Of a DNA stretch of 64,000 nucleotides, positions 39,761 through 52,499 are shown one piece after another. Made by a program: the position numbers and the translations under genes. Location of the stretch: assembly GCF_036588685.1 (NCBI RefSeq), contig NC_086379.1, forward strand, positions 68,138,001 through 68,202,000, written 5' to 3'. Position 1 is the first letter of the stretch. Each line of letters begins with the position of its first letter. The notes beneath the pieces were generated by a model that was not told where the DNA came from, made no database searches, and was given only the letters and a program-made list of their open reading frames with translations. The stretch comes from Mytilus trossulus. Its lineage: Eukaryota.

Positions 39761-40242
39761 TACCATACACATTATCATGGTTATATTATAATTAGATTTA
39801 GAGACTCATAACCTTTTATATACTATTTAATGATGCAGCTTAGCTTCAGTAGGCCTATTTTAATTAACATTATTATAAATGAAGTTGTTTATTTTTTTTA
39901 TTTATACCAATTCAAGGGGACATACAATGTATAAGAATCAGAAGATGATTACCATTTATACATCTCTCCACATAGGATAAAATGACATAGAAATAAACCG
40001 CTATAGGTTGCAGTATGGCCTTCAACAATGACCAAAACCAATATGATCAACTTTAACATGCCCTTATGAAATGACAAAATTTGCAATGCCTTAATACTTT
40101 AAACCTGAGGATTTTATTATAAAGAAAAAATCCTATGCAAATCAAGCATGTAAAAAAAAAATTCCATGTAGGAAAGGGTTAAACTTCTATTATTACCCAC
40201 TTCTAAGAAAGTCGTTTTACCATATTTATATCTGTTGTAGTG

Positions 40243-42915
40243 ATGGTTGATCCTGTTACATGGAATTGTAAACAAGTTGGTCAGTGGTTGAAAGAAAATG
40301 GTTTTGAAAAATACAAGAAGTTACTCTGTGATGAGCATAAGATCAATGGTGAAGCATTACTGGTTCTGACAGAAAATGACTTGAAACAGCCACCATTACA
40401 GTTGACGGTTTTAGGAGATATTAAGCGGTTAATGCTTATCATTAGAAAAGTACAATTGCAGAGTAATGGTAACCAAAGCCCTCAACCAAATGGGTCCAGA
40501 ACATTCCAGAAAACACCAACACCTCTCTCAAGGTCATACCAACAGTCATCATCTTCACCAAACTATGAACGCTTGGATAGCAGTGAATCCTTGGAAGACA
40601 ATGATTATGTTGACTTAAATGAAATTTCACAACAGTTGAGACAAGGCCATTTCTCCAAAAATTTGGACCCAGAGCTATGGAAGACTGCTTTAAGTTTCGT
40701 TTATGTATTTACAGTTTTCTTAATGACTTCCTTTGTAATGGTTATAGTCCATGATAGGGTACCAGATACAGAGAAATATCCTCCATTGCCAGATATATTC
40801 TTAGATAATGTACCCTATATATCATGGGCATTTAAAGCATGTGAACTTATTGCATTAGGACTAGGATTAACATGGATTGTTTTATTATTCTTTCATAAAC
40901 ACAGGTTTGTAAAAAAAAATATGATAGATTTTGGTAAAGACAAAAGTTTATGTAGTATACATGTAGAAGTCTTTCCTAAACAAATGGCAATTAAACACAA
41001 ACCAAATTGTATTAATTTTATTCTATAGAAAAAACTCATCAAAGATACTTAGTAGACATAAAAGTTTGTACTCCAGATCAGCTTTTCATCTTAAAAAGAC
41101 TCATGAATATATAGTATGCAAATTAAAAAAGTTCTAAAGCCAAATCAAATAATATGAAGTTGAGTAAAGAACCAACTAAGTTACCTTTTTTATTGATGGT
41201 CTGAGTGTGTGTAGACATATAGAGCTTTTCATACAGTCTTTAACAATGAGAATTCCCCATTCTGTCCGACAGTCTGCAAACATTGTGATAAATTCAGCTA
41301 TCACAATCTATTATTTGAAACATACACTTCATTTTGAATAGAAGAAAGAAGAAGAGAATGATGAAATTCTTGACTTGGGACAGGTACATGTACATTAGCA
41401 TTGCTACATGTACATTTTAGTGGTGGTTAGACAAGTTGTCTTTATCAATACAGCAATAAAAAAAAAATCTTTCAATAATAATGTATCAAAGAATTTACAC
41501 AATGAGATCCAAAGTATGTTGGAAAAACTTCCTCTTTCCACTCAAGTTAAAAAAAAATCCTTTCAATGATTTAGTACATTTGTTTGTTTTTAAAGTTTAT
41601 ATTATTAAGAAAACTGTTGTTTTACAGATTTATATTAATGAGAAGAATGTTTTCCATGATAGGAACCATTTTTATACTACGTTGTATTTGTATGTTGATT
41701 ACATCATTGTCTGTACCAGGTGCACATCTGAAATGTGAAGGAAAGGTATGTTGCTATGGTAACAGAGATATATTAACCAATGATAACAAAACATTTCAAT
41801 GAAGAAAAGTCTTGAGTAAATACATTTAGAACCTCACCGAAAACCCATACCTGCCAACTGTCACTATTTGCTTGGGATTCCCCCATGAAGGCTCCTAAAT
41901 AGAAATTTTGAAAGAGCAATTTTGTAAACAATCTTAAACAAAACAGTTAATTTTATGAATGCTATAGGCTATTAATAGTATGAACATTGTTAGTCATGTT
42001 AACTGCAAGGAGATAATATGCTGGCTATGAGTGTTATTATTTATGTTCTATTCATTTAAGCTTTATGGAGATATATGGACCAAACTACGTAGAACGTTTG
42101 AAATCTGGACAGGACTAGGTATGACACTGTCAGGTGTTAGGACATGTGGAGATTATATGTTCAGTGGACATACAGTTTTTGTTACTATGCTCAATTTTCT
42201 CATAACTGAATGTAAGTTATCATTATATTGTTGGTTTATTGGTGTAATAATTTACAGGTTGAGTTTGTGTTGTTATGGATGAACTATTTTAAAAGTTGAT
42301 TATAAACTCATAAATTATGGCAATGCTTTTATTATTGGGGAAAATGCGACAGCCTTATAATCACAATAATTTAAACTCACATTTTGAAATTTTTTATATG
42401 AAAAAAACTGGCTTTTTCTCAGTATCCCAAAAATTGAAATAGCATTTAAGTCTAAAATGACAATTTCGCAATAGTAAATGCATGCAATAATTTCTGAATT
42501 GACAGTATCATTGAATGACAATACACTATTTAATATATTGCCTTTCTGTTTTTCAGACACACCAAGAAAGATGTATTATCTCCATACTTCAGCATGGGTA
42601 GCCAACATGTTTGCACTATTCTTCATTCTAGCAGCCCATGAGCATTACTCCATAGATGTTTTCGTAGCTTTCTACATCACGTCCCGTATGTTTCTATATT
42701 ACCACACTCTTGCCAATAACCGTTCACTTATGTTACGTGATAAAAAGAGAACACGTATCTGGTTTCCTTTATTCACGTTCTTTGAGTCTAGATGTGATGG
42801 TATTGTACCTAATGAGTTTGAATGGCCGCTGCCTAGTTGGGAACAAGTTAAACACATGTTTATTGGATTGAAATCAGACATTGCAGCCAGTTCTAAGAAC
42901 AAAAAGAAGCTGTGA
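40243..42915 (+). CDS. SAMD8: Sphingomyelin synthase-related protein / ceramide phosphoethanolamine synthase (SMSr), 429 aa. Exons 40243-40904, 41628-41745, 42061-42211, 42557-42915
   Basis: N-terminal SAM domain, HDRVP...PPLPD, RRMF...[13 protein letters not shown] and HEHYSIDV motifs. 1290 nt, phase-consistent GT-AG introns. Confidence 0.96.
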
Positions 42916-44202
42916 ATAAAGAAGATTTAATATAAGTGAAATGTCAATTTCATTTATATATTAAGCTAGTCTTATGCTAAGTTATACTGACATAAATATT
43001 TGTAATTTTGACATCACACTTATTTTGTTTCTCCACTAAGTTTTAGAATCAGGTTATTGTATATTTTTTTTTTCTGATTTTAGTTGTAGTTGATTTTGAA
43101 TGTTAGATGTGAGAAAAAGATAAACTTGAATTATCCTGGGTACGTCTCAGTAATAATGTTACTAGACAGTACTGTTGATATCTAAACAAATTTGGTCATT
43201 TTTGTTTTCGTAAATTTTGATATATATATTGATTTCACAACTACATACTTTCCACCATTATCAGTAGTTTATTTTTTGTTAAGATCTTTTACTGACTTAT
43301 TCTTGTATTACCTATGCCTTAAGATCAAAGGGGTATATTATTTACATAGTTCTTACAATAGGACATCTGTGCTTTACAGTGAACTTAGCACATTGGCCTG
43401 ATTACGGAGGATCTACAATATTTGAGAATTAAGGAACAGTTGAGTTTGTGTTTTTGTTGTTTTGTAAAAGTTTGCTTACAAAACTTTTAGAATATTCATA
43501 CTTCGCTAAATATTTGAATTCATGGTGAACGTTAACCCATGAAATCTACGAAAATATGTCTCCCACAACTTAATATGGAATCCAGAGAAGTCCTATGCTT
43601 TTTCCCTAAGTAATTCTTGGGTCCTGTTTAACTTCATGACAGAAATTATAGACACTGTTTAGAATGGCATATCTTAATAAATGTCTTGTTTCAAGTGATG
43701 GGTATAAAATAAAAGTCTGTTAAATTGTACATTGTGCATGACTATGTAAGTATTAGTAATGGATCTGTGATAATTTTTGTATGTGATATTAATTGTATCT
43801 TAAGGGATAATGTATGGCTTATGTCACTGGAGTATAAAAATACAGGGAAAAAAATATAATTTAGCCACAACTATATTTACCAAAGAAAGTACAAAAATTC
43901 AAGATTGTCTTTACATTGTATATATTGAAAATGCTAGTTCCTATGTTTGTATTACTGTGAATATGACTGAGGGTAACATATTAGCCCTTGTGCCTCTATT
44001 GTGTTCCTTCTGGTAATGATTCTATTGCCTTTCCTCATGAAGCAGGATGATTATACCGTAAATCCTCAACAATTTGTATAGTATACCATGACCTGTAATT
44101 ACTAATTAGATAACCTTCCATAGGAAAACCTGAATTACTTTATTAGAATTTTTAATATAGTCAAAAACGTTACCGATCAAGTATAGGTTTCATTCTTATT
44201 AA

Positions 44203-44475
44203 GGTGGTACCAAACACCTGAACTAAAATTAATTTGGCTCGTTTAATTTTCTTAAAATTTTGACAAAGTATTTACTTTGAACTTTTGACAAAAATATAAA
44301 AATTTCAAAAAAATTGAACCAACCGTTTAATCAGAAAATTTACACTGGTTATATAGCAGTTTCACAAAAAATTATTTTGATCATTGAGAAGCTTAATATT
44401 CCCTTAACAACACAACGTCATTAAAACGTTCTGCTGATTTTACAGAGTTATCTCCCTGTAGTGTTACGTACCACC
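44203..44475. mobile_element. 273-bp MITE with TTAA TSD (Kolobok/piggyBac-type target)
   Basis: TTAA|GGTGGTACCAAACAC ... GTGTTACGTACCACC|TTAA. Confidence 0.85.
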
Positions 44476-46269
44476 TTAAATGATTTTTGCTAACTTGGGT
44501 CCTTAGGTCATAGATAATAATTTTAACAAAAGATGCCTCAGGGATTAGGTTTGGCCATATCTGCATCTTTAAATCTTTAAACCTAAACTTTAACTTGAAA
44601 CATGACCCGTGATTTTGCCTTGTATAAACAGGTTGACAAGAAAACATATTACATTACACTTTATGGGGGAGCTATACCTCACATTCCTTCCGAGCACCTT
44701 CATTTATTTCGGAACTCTTTCAAATGAGTTTAAAAATCAGAAAAATATAGAATTCAGGACCATGTTTACAGGAGGAATGTAAAAAAAAATTCTAGACTCC
44801 ATGATAGTTCATTCATTTAATACCAGATCCTCCTCAAATTGTGATGAAGGTTTTTAAAAAAAATGTTTAAAAAAAAATCTAATATGAGGGACCATTACTT
44901 GCAAGGTTAATTTGTACAAATATTCAATGATATGTCTTCTTATTGGTATACTACCTGTATTTTAGATCACCTGGCCCTATAACTATCATTTGTAGTCATC
45001 AGTCATAGCCTGTCAACCAACATGGCCACTAAGGCTGAAAATAGAACATACGGGTAAAATGCAAGTACATGTATTGTCTTTTATCTTGAAAACCAAAACC
45101 ATTTTGGGTTATTTCCATATTTTTTTGTTTGTGAGTTTTCACACCAAAGGTTCTTTCATGTTATATACTGGTAATGATTTATGATATTGTAATTGTTGTT
45201 GTTCTTGACTATATATGATAAAAAATCTTTTTTCCCCTTCATTGACTGTCTAAGAAATTGTTATTGATGTTAAAAAGTGAACAAAACACTTACCTATATT
45301 CATATGCAATGTATATAAATATTATTTTAACCTATGCATTTCTAGATGCTTAACTTTTTATATCTATATTACTATATTTTTTTACTCTTGTTTTGCTACA
45401 TGTAGTTGATAAAAAAAAGTTATGATGTGCTATTGCTAATATGTTATTTTTACTTATAATTATTTCTAATTATGTGATTATGTAAAATAATATTTGTAAA
45501 GTTAATAAGATGGAATGTTTACAAGACTGTTCCAGTGGTCTATCAACTGTTAGTGTTTTACAAAATTAGGAAATTAGGTTCTTACTATTTTTCTGTTGCC
45601 ATAGAAAACTTGTATAATTTATGTAAAAATGTGATTTATAGTTTCTGTTTATACAATTATTTGTAACATGACATCAATATATAATTTTCCAGTTAATCTG
45701 TGTGCAGATTGTATATTGAATGTTTAAGGTAGAAAATGCTATTCTTTGGAACAAGGGAGATAATTATGCAAACACAAGGGAGATAATATGAATGTATATT
45801 CTGAAATGTACTCATTTTTACTGAAATTGATGATTTCTCTTTTGGCTACCATCTGATATTTATGTGAATTTTATTTCTAAATGACCTACAAAAATAGGCA
45901 TTGACTATAAAGAGATAAGAACCTTTATTGTTTGAATTCCATAGAACTATATAAGATTTGAGGTAATACCGAAGGAAAATTGGCACAAATGGAACTTAAT
46001 TCTAATCAAGAAAAACATGATTTTAACATATCAACACAAAGTATTTTCCCAACGCAATGTCATAACAAAGAAAAATTAAATCTGGCTTTTGAATGTACCT
46101 CCAAAACTTCAAATTGTCTCAATTTTGACTGAATGCTGTGGTTGGAATAGACAGGATCAAGTTGTTAATGAATTATGGACAATTGAATATAATGTATTTC
46201 CATAAATTATTACTTTTTGAATAGGAGCAATAGATTAATTAGGGTTTCTTGCTGTAAAGAGTTATCAAG

Positions 46270-46390
46270 AATACTATCATGTGATCAAGAGTACAGTCAT
46301 TTGATCATCAATACAATCATGTGACCAAACATACAATCATGTGACCAAACATACAATCATGTGACAAATAGTACAATTATATAATCATGT
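46270..46390. repeat. 20-bp tandem repeat (ATACAATCATGTGACCAAAC)n, about 6 units
   Basis: Visible tandem units. Confidence 0.8.
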
Positions 46391-47582
46391 TGGTATTAGA
46401 CCAAATAATTATATCGATTAAATTCATTCAATAGTATTTTATTACAGGATGTATTAAATATGTTTTATAAATAGTCATTAAATTAAAAAGGTAAATTGGA
46501 AATGAGCAGATCAAGAGTACTGTTCACAGTTTCACATCAGATATACATTTCTGTATTTGACAAATATCTATTTTTAACAAACACATTATTAGTGCTTGTA
46601 TAGATATACTCGTGGAATTAATTTGCAAGGTTTAGTTTGTGGACTCTTTTTCTCCTAATCAGTTTTACCATTATGTGCCATACAATTTATTGTTAAAAAA
46701 ACAGGTGTAATAGTTTACATGGATTTAAAAGCACTTTGAAATTATATTTATTTTATTATGGTATGTGTGTATGAAAGACGGCCAATCAAAGCTATAAATA
46801 AAGATATTGCTTGATACTGACTTGCTAGTTTTTATGTCATTTCCAACAGAAATTATCACAATAGTAGAAAAGGTACAAATACTTTTAGCATCAGTTGCAG
46901 CTGAGTTAGTAATATGTCTGCTGCAGTTACCGGGGTGCCTAAAATTTTAATTCTGGACACAATTGCAATAAAAGACTTCTGTTTAATCCTGTAAACCGCC
47001 AGTTGCTAATAAACCTTGAGGAAATGATATCGTTTTCACTTCCTTTTAAAAATTGACGAATTTTACCACATTGTTATATACATGTTCTAGTTGAAAGGTT
47101 GGAATACTAATACAAATTTGAATGCACACAAAATTCACAAAAATAATCTAAAAAATGTGTCAAATGTCAATGCTACATTACATGTGATAAATTGTATATT
47201 AATAATCTCTCAAAGTTATGGTTGATATCTTAAGCCACCAAAAAAATGACCTGACACCAGGGCTAGACTAATTTTCACCACATTACAATAGTAACTGTTC
47301 CAAAAACATCCACTCTTCATTGCTTTGTTGGTGCTTCTAAAGATCAATTAAAAAACACATAAAATTCGGATTGCTTTTGTGTTTATTGACTCAAAATTCA
47401 GGTCTAAAATCAAGGTCAATTGACCTTTTTTCCAAATCAAAGTCCATTCAACAATATAGAAATAGTGTAAATTCATAAATTATTGTGAAGATTTTATAAA
47501 TGAAAATAATGAGTCTAAATGAGTATCACAATAATAAAAAGGATATCTTGTGTATATATATAAGAAGAAGTGGTATGAGTTC

Positions 47583-48188
47583 AATCACAGTCACGTCTCA
47601 GTCCTTACAGCTGAACGGACGTGCTGGGTCAGCTCTCCTTTACCCGCTATCTTCGATGAGGGTTTACAGTTAGATGTTCAACGACTTACTACTTAAGATG
47701 ACAGAAACCAATCCATGCCGTACAGAGAGACGTAGTAGTTGGCGTACCCGCGTTAACATGCCTCCAAAACCATTGTCTATTATGGGGAGTGTCATGCCGA
47801 TTAACGTCCGAGGGCTGTATCCTAGGCTGTTGGGTGATACGACCTTCATTTCACTGCCTCACGGCTTTGGTCCTGATAACGCTTCCTGTCATCTTCTGAA
47901 CTACGTCCGAGATCATCTACCAGTACTCCTTCATCGAGGCTAGCGGGCTGCCAAGCTGACCAAACTGGCCCTGAAAGCAGCCGTTAGTGAAGAAAAACAT
48001 CAAAATAGTAAACAAAGAAAAATCAACTCACCAAAACCAAGATGGCGGCCTACATATTGCGACCTCCACTACTTGTTCCTGACCCATGGCAACAAATCAT
48101 TTAAAGCTCACCAAACGCCTTCGGGCACCGAGCCGACCGTGCGAGGGCTGAAAGGCCAGTCAAGGTCGTTAAACACTTCCATATATAT
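47583..48188 (+). mobile_element. Highly structured retroposed insert with (AT)n tail and AGTTC TSD, inserted into a common SINE-like repeat
   Basis: The host motif AAGAAG..TGGTATGAGT..CCAATGAGACAACTC is split. AGTTC at 47578-47582 and 48189-48193. GC-richer than flanks, with nested inverted repeats. Confidence 0.7.
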
Positions 48189-48264
48189 AGTTCCAATGAG
48201 ACAACTCTTAACTTTTCAGCCAAGTCACAGTTTGTAAAAGTAAACCATTATAGGTCAAAATGGA

Positions 48265-49470
48265 GCATGTAATGACAAAGTGTCAGCATATAATGACAAA
48301 GTATCAACATATAATGACAAAGTATCAACATTGAATTACAAAGTATCAGCATATAATGACGAAGTATCAGCATATAATGACAAAGTATCAACATTGAATT
48401 ACAAAGTATCAGCATATAATGACGAAGTATCAGCATATAATGACAAAGTATCAACTTATAATGACAAAGTATCAGTATATAATAACAAAGTATCAACATA
48501 TAATGACAAAGTATCAGCATATAATGACGAAGTATCATCATATAATGCATCTTCGCTAGCCATGGGTTACGATCCACTCCCGCTTTCTTCACCCTTGGCG
48601 GATTGGGCCAACATTTGTGAAAACAATGTTGCGCCATCTGTCGGAAGATTTAAGTCATGCCGAATTCATTATTCCTGACCAATTGTAGCACTTGAACTCT
48701 TCAATTTGGAGGTAAAAACACGGTAGTGTCTAGATTCTACACACTTGTTAAAGCCGGAAACGAAAATATATGTAAACATTCATGCATTTGTGCATGAAAC
48801 ATACACAGGAACTTCTATTAGTTGATTAAAAACATTCAAGTTGTCACTTAATATAGTCGTATGTTTAGGGATGTAAAGATTTTTTGCACAATAAGCACTT
48901 GACAATTGTTTACAAACACTTTCTTCATTTTCACGTGGTCATGTTAAGGGCGCTTTTTGATTGGATGCAGCGAGTTTCGACTGCAACCACTAAAAATTCT
49001 TACCCTGTGTCTCCGAAATTTTATCTCCATCCGCCAAGGATGAAAAGAGCGGGAGTGGGTCGTAACCCTTGGCTAGCGAAGATGCTTATAATGACAAAGT
49101 ATCAGCATATAATGGCAAAGTATCAGCATGTAATGACAAAGTATCAGCATATAATGGCAAAGTATCAGCATTAACTAACAAAGTATCAGCATTTAATAAC
49201 AAAGTATCAGCATTTAATAACAAAGTATCAGCATATAAATAATAAAGTATCAGCATGTAATGACAAAGTATCAGCATTAAATAAAAAAGTATCAGCATTT
49301 AATAACAAAATATCAGCATATAATAAAAAAGTATCAGCATATAATGACAAAGTATCAGCATTAAATAACAAAGTATCAGCATATAATGACAAAGTATCAG
49401 CATTTAATAAAAAAAGTATCAGCATATAATAACAAAATATCAGCATATAATATCAAAGTATCAGCATATT
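48265..49470. repeat. 21-bp minisatellite (GCATATAATGACAAAGTATCA)n interrupted by a MITE
   Basis: Visible tandem array on both sides of 48548-49084. Confidence 0.95.
48548..49084. mobile_element. 537-bp MITE with ~55-bp TIRs and a probable 9-bp TSD
   Basis: CATCTTCGCTAGCC...CTTGGCGGA / TCCGCCAAG...GGCTAGCGAAGATG, with flanks CATATAATG / CTTATAATG. Confidence 0.85.
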
Positions 49471-50084
49471 ATAACAGAAAACAATAATAAACTTGCGCAA
49501 AGAAAGTGTGCAAAGTTCGACAATTACTAGTAATGTCTTTTCAGTGATGTTAAGAATCGAAATGGTATAATTGGAAGTCCACACAATTTACCTCAACCTT
49601 GGATAGGCTATTGGATTTTTATATGATAAAATTTAGTTATAGTGTTCCAAATAAGACGGTATTCTACTAAGGCTTTTCTACCACAGGAATATATTACCTT
49701 AGCTGTATTTGGCAAAACTTTTAGGAATATTTGGTCCTCAATGCACTTCAACTTCGTACTTTATTTGGCTTTTAAAAAAAAATATTCGACCGTCACTGAT
49801 GAGTCTTTTGTCTGGCATATTGTAAAATTTTATTCCTGGTATCTATGATGAGTTTTTTTTTATGCATAAAGAAACTAGGTGTATGTATTTCTCATATTTT
49901 TGTGTAAATCAATTTGTTTGGATTGCGAACTAAAAAGTCAAAATTGGTATTTGACTATCTAAGGATCATTCCTAGATATTTTAAATTAATTTGCCAAAAA
50001 AGTTAAATAAACAAACCGAAGCCCGAAGAAAATTCTAAACGAAAAGTCCCATAGCAAATGGTAAGTTCAAAAGCACAAACACAC

Positions 50085-51840
50085 CAGTGACAGCAAAGGG
50101 AAGGCTGAAATACTAATTCAACAATTTAGATCCGTATTCACAATTGACAAATCAACATCAATACCTAAAACAACAAAATACATCAATGAATCAATACCAC
50201 AACTTATTATAACAACTAGGTCTCGAAAAACTACTTAAAGATGCAAACCCATCAAATGCATCTGGACCAGATGGAATACCAAACAGAATACTTAAAGAAT
50301 GTGCATCAGAAATAGCACCAGGACTAACTGACATCTTCCAAACATCAATAGACACTTGATTACTACCCGAAGACTGGCTAAACGAAAACATCTCGTGCGT
50401 CTTCAAAAATGGAGACAAACACGCCACAGAAAACTATAGACCAGTCTCATTTACATCGGTACCTTGCAAACTTCTAGAACAAATCATATGCAAGCACATT
50501 CTAAAACAACTTGATAAACACAGAGTCTTAACATCACTTAAACATGGATTTAGATCTGGCTATTCATGCGAAACCCAACTGTTAGTCACTTTGCAAGACT
50601 TCATGAAAGCATTTGACGCCGGACTACAAACTGACATTGCAATCCTGGATTTTTCCAAAGCTTTTGACACTGTGCCACATAACAAGCTATTATCAAAATT
50701 GGAAGAATATGGAATCCAAGGACCACCTAACAACTGGCTAAATATGTTTCTTACACAGAGGAAGATGAAAGTTGTAGTAGAGGGGGGGAACAATCTGAAG
50801 AGGTAAAAGTGGACTCTGGAGTTCCACAGGGAACAGTACTTGGACCATTACTCTTCTCATGTCACATCAATGACCTCCCAGACACTGTCAAGTCATCAGT
50901 ACGGCTGTTCGCCGATGACTGCCTACTGTATAGAACCATAAAAACATAAAAAGACCACAAACTGCTGCAAGAAGACCTAGCAAACCTATATGATTGGGCA
51001 AATAAATGGGGTATGCGATTTAACGCTAAAAAATGCTACATCCTGAGCATCAAAAACAAAAGCCAGAGATTTTACTCACTCAACGGCCAGATACTCCAAC
51101 AAGTTCAAAACAACCCATACCTAGGAGTGCAGATACCAGAAGACCTGAAGTGGAGCACACACACACAACAAATGTTGCAAAAAGGCAAGCTCAACCCTTG
51201 GCTTCCTCAGAAGGAATTTATGATACTGCCCACATGAATGTAAGAAAACCGCTTACATTGCGTTAGTTAGATCAACAATGGAATATGCGGTAACAGTATG
51301 GGACCCCTACAATATAATAGATGCAAACAACCTAGAGCGTATACAACGACAAGCAGCACGCTTTATAACAGGCGACGACAAAACCAGAGAAGATGGCTGC
51401 GCAACAGACATGCTCGCCAAACTGAAACACGAACGAAAAGCCAAACGCACTAGCCAAAAACTTATATTTTTGTACAAGATGGTTGAGGGATTGGTACCTG
51501 CTATCGATCCAGACGACTTTTTAAAATCAGCCAGACCAAGACGAACCATCACAACGAAGAAGTTTGAAAATTACCAGGCAACAAACATAGTGGAAAAACA
51601 AGTGAGGAACAATACTAGGTGCTTTGACATTCCCACCAGTAAAACTCAGCAATACTCAAACTCATTCTTTGTGTCCACAGTTATTAACTGGAACCATCTT
51701 GAGGACATTATTGTGCGCGAAACGAGCGTTGAGATTAAATCTGTTCTCACGAGACGTCAGTAAATCGACGGTGCCTTCACCTCGTTGTATTTAAAAAGCC
51801 AGAATTGGTAGCTACGACGTAACCATACAGATACAGAATA
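50085..51840 (+). pseudogene. 5'-truncated LINE, frameshifted reverse transcriptase ORF2
   Basis: [66 protein letters not shown] across broken frames. Short (ACAGAT)-like tail at ~51827. Confidence 0.92.
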
Positions 51841-52350
51841 CGCCTGCATTATAAAACAGTATATTTTTTAACATGAAACCAATTTTGTATTGATTTTCTT
51901 TTTACAGTGACAATAACAAATTTATCAGGGAATTGAAACAAGATTGGACATGAGTGGACAAAGATCCATTTAATTTTTTTTTTTTTAATTCCGAATAGTA
52001 TCAAAGGGCTCCATTCATAAAAATATGTTGTATGTATTGTCCATTGACTAGTGTGTATTATCCTATGTTAATTCCATTAACTGTTTTAACTTGAATCGTG
52101 TTACCGGATAATAGATTTAGTCTGACCGTATTTCGGCCCTAGGCTTATACATTTCGCAAGGAGGTGAATGTTGTTACTATTAAAAGTGCAAGACGTATTA
52201 GAATTTGAGAAATTTTAGATGCAATTGGTGAGTAATATATGCATATAAGGTGTTTTGAACGGATACAAATAGTGTTGTGTTTTTTTTTTGTGATTTTACT
52301 TCAATTCAATTCAAATCTTTATTGCCATAAAACTACATATTTATAGTATG

Positions 52351-52499
52351 CAGTAGCGGACCCAGGGGGAGGGTTCCGGGGGGTTGTAACCCCTCTTTTT
52401 TTCAGAGGATCAATGCATTTCAATGGGGACATATAGTCGGAACCCCCCTTTTGTCCTGGGTTGGGAACCCCCTTTTGAAAATGGCTGGATCCGCCCCTG
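52351..52499. mobile_element. Short GC-rich MITE
   Basis: CAGTAGCGGACCCAG...CTGGATCCGCCCCTG flanked by an AGTATG duplication. Confidence 0.75.

Noticed and set aside
40905-41028. C-terminal extension of the 262-aa ORF
   Set aside because: Intron read-through past the AG|GTTTGT donor at 40904. The paralogue has an intron at the same position.
47674-47943. 89-aa ORF within the structured insert
   Set aside because: No recognisable motif. Its length is compatible with chance in GC-richer sequence.
47583-48188. SRP RNA, RNase P/MRP, 7SK or telomerase RNA identity for the rod-like insert
   Set aside because: No Alu-domain or helix-8 motif, no RNase P CR-I/CR-V, and no CUAACCC template found by eye.
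48248-49446. Repetitive ORFs (SAYNDKV)n, (LILCHYM)n and (ADTLSLY)n as adhesive or structural proteins
   Set aside because: Artefacts of a 21-bp repeat, interrupted by a MITE, with no splice or promoter support.
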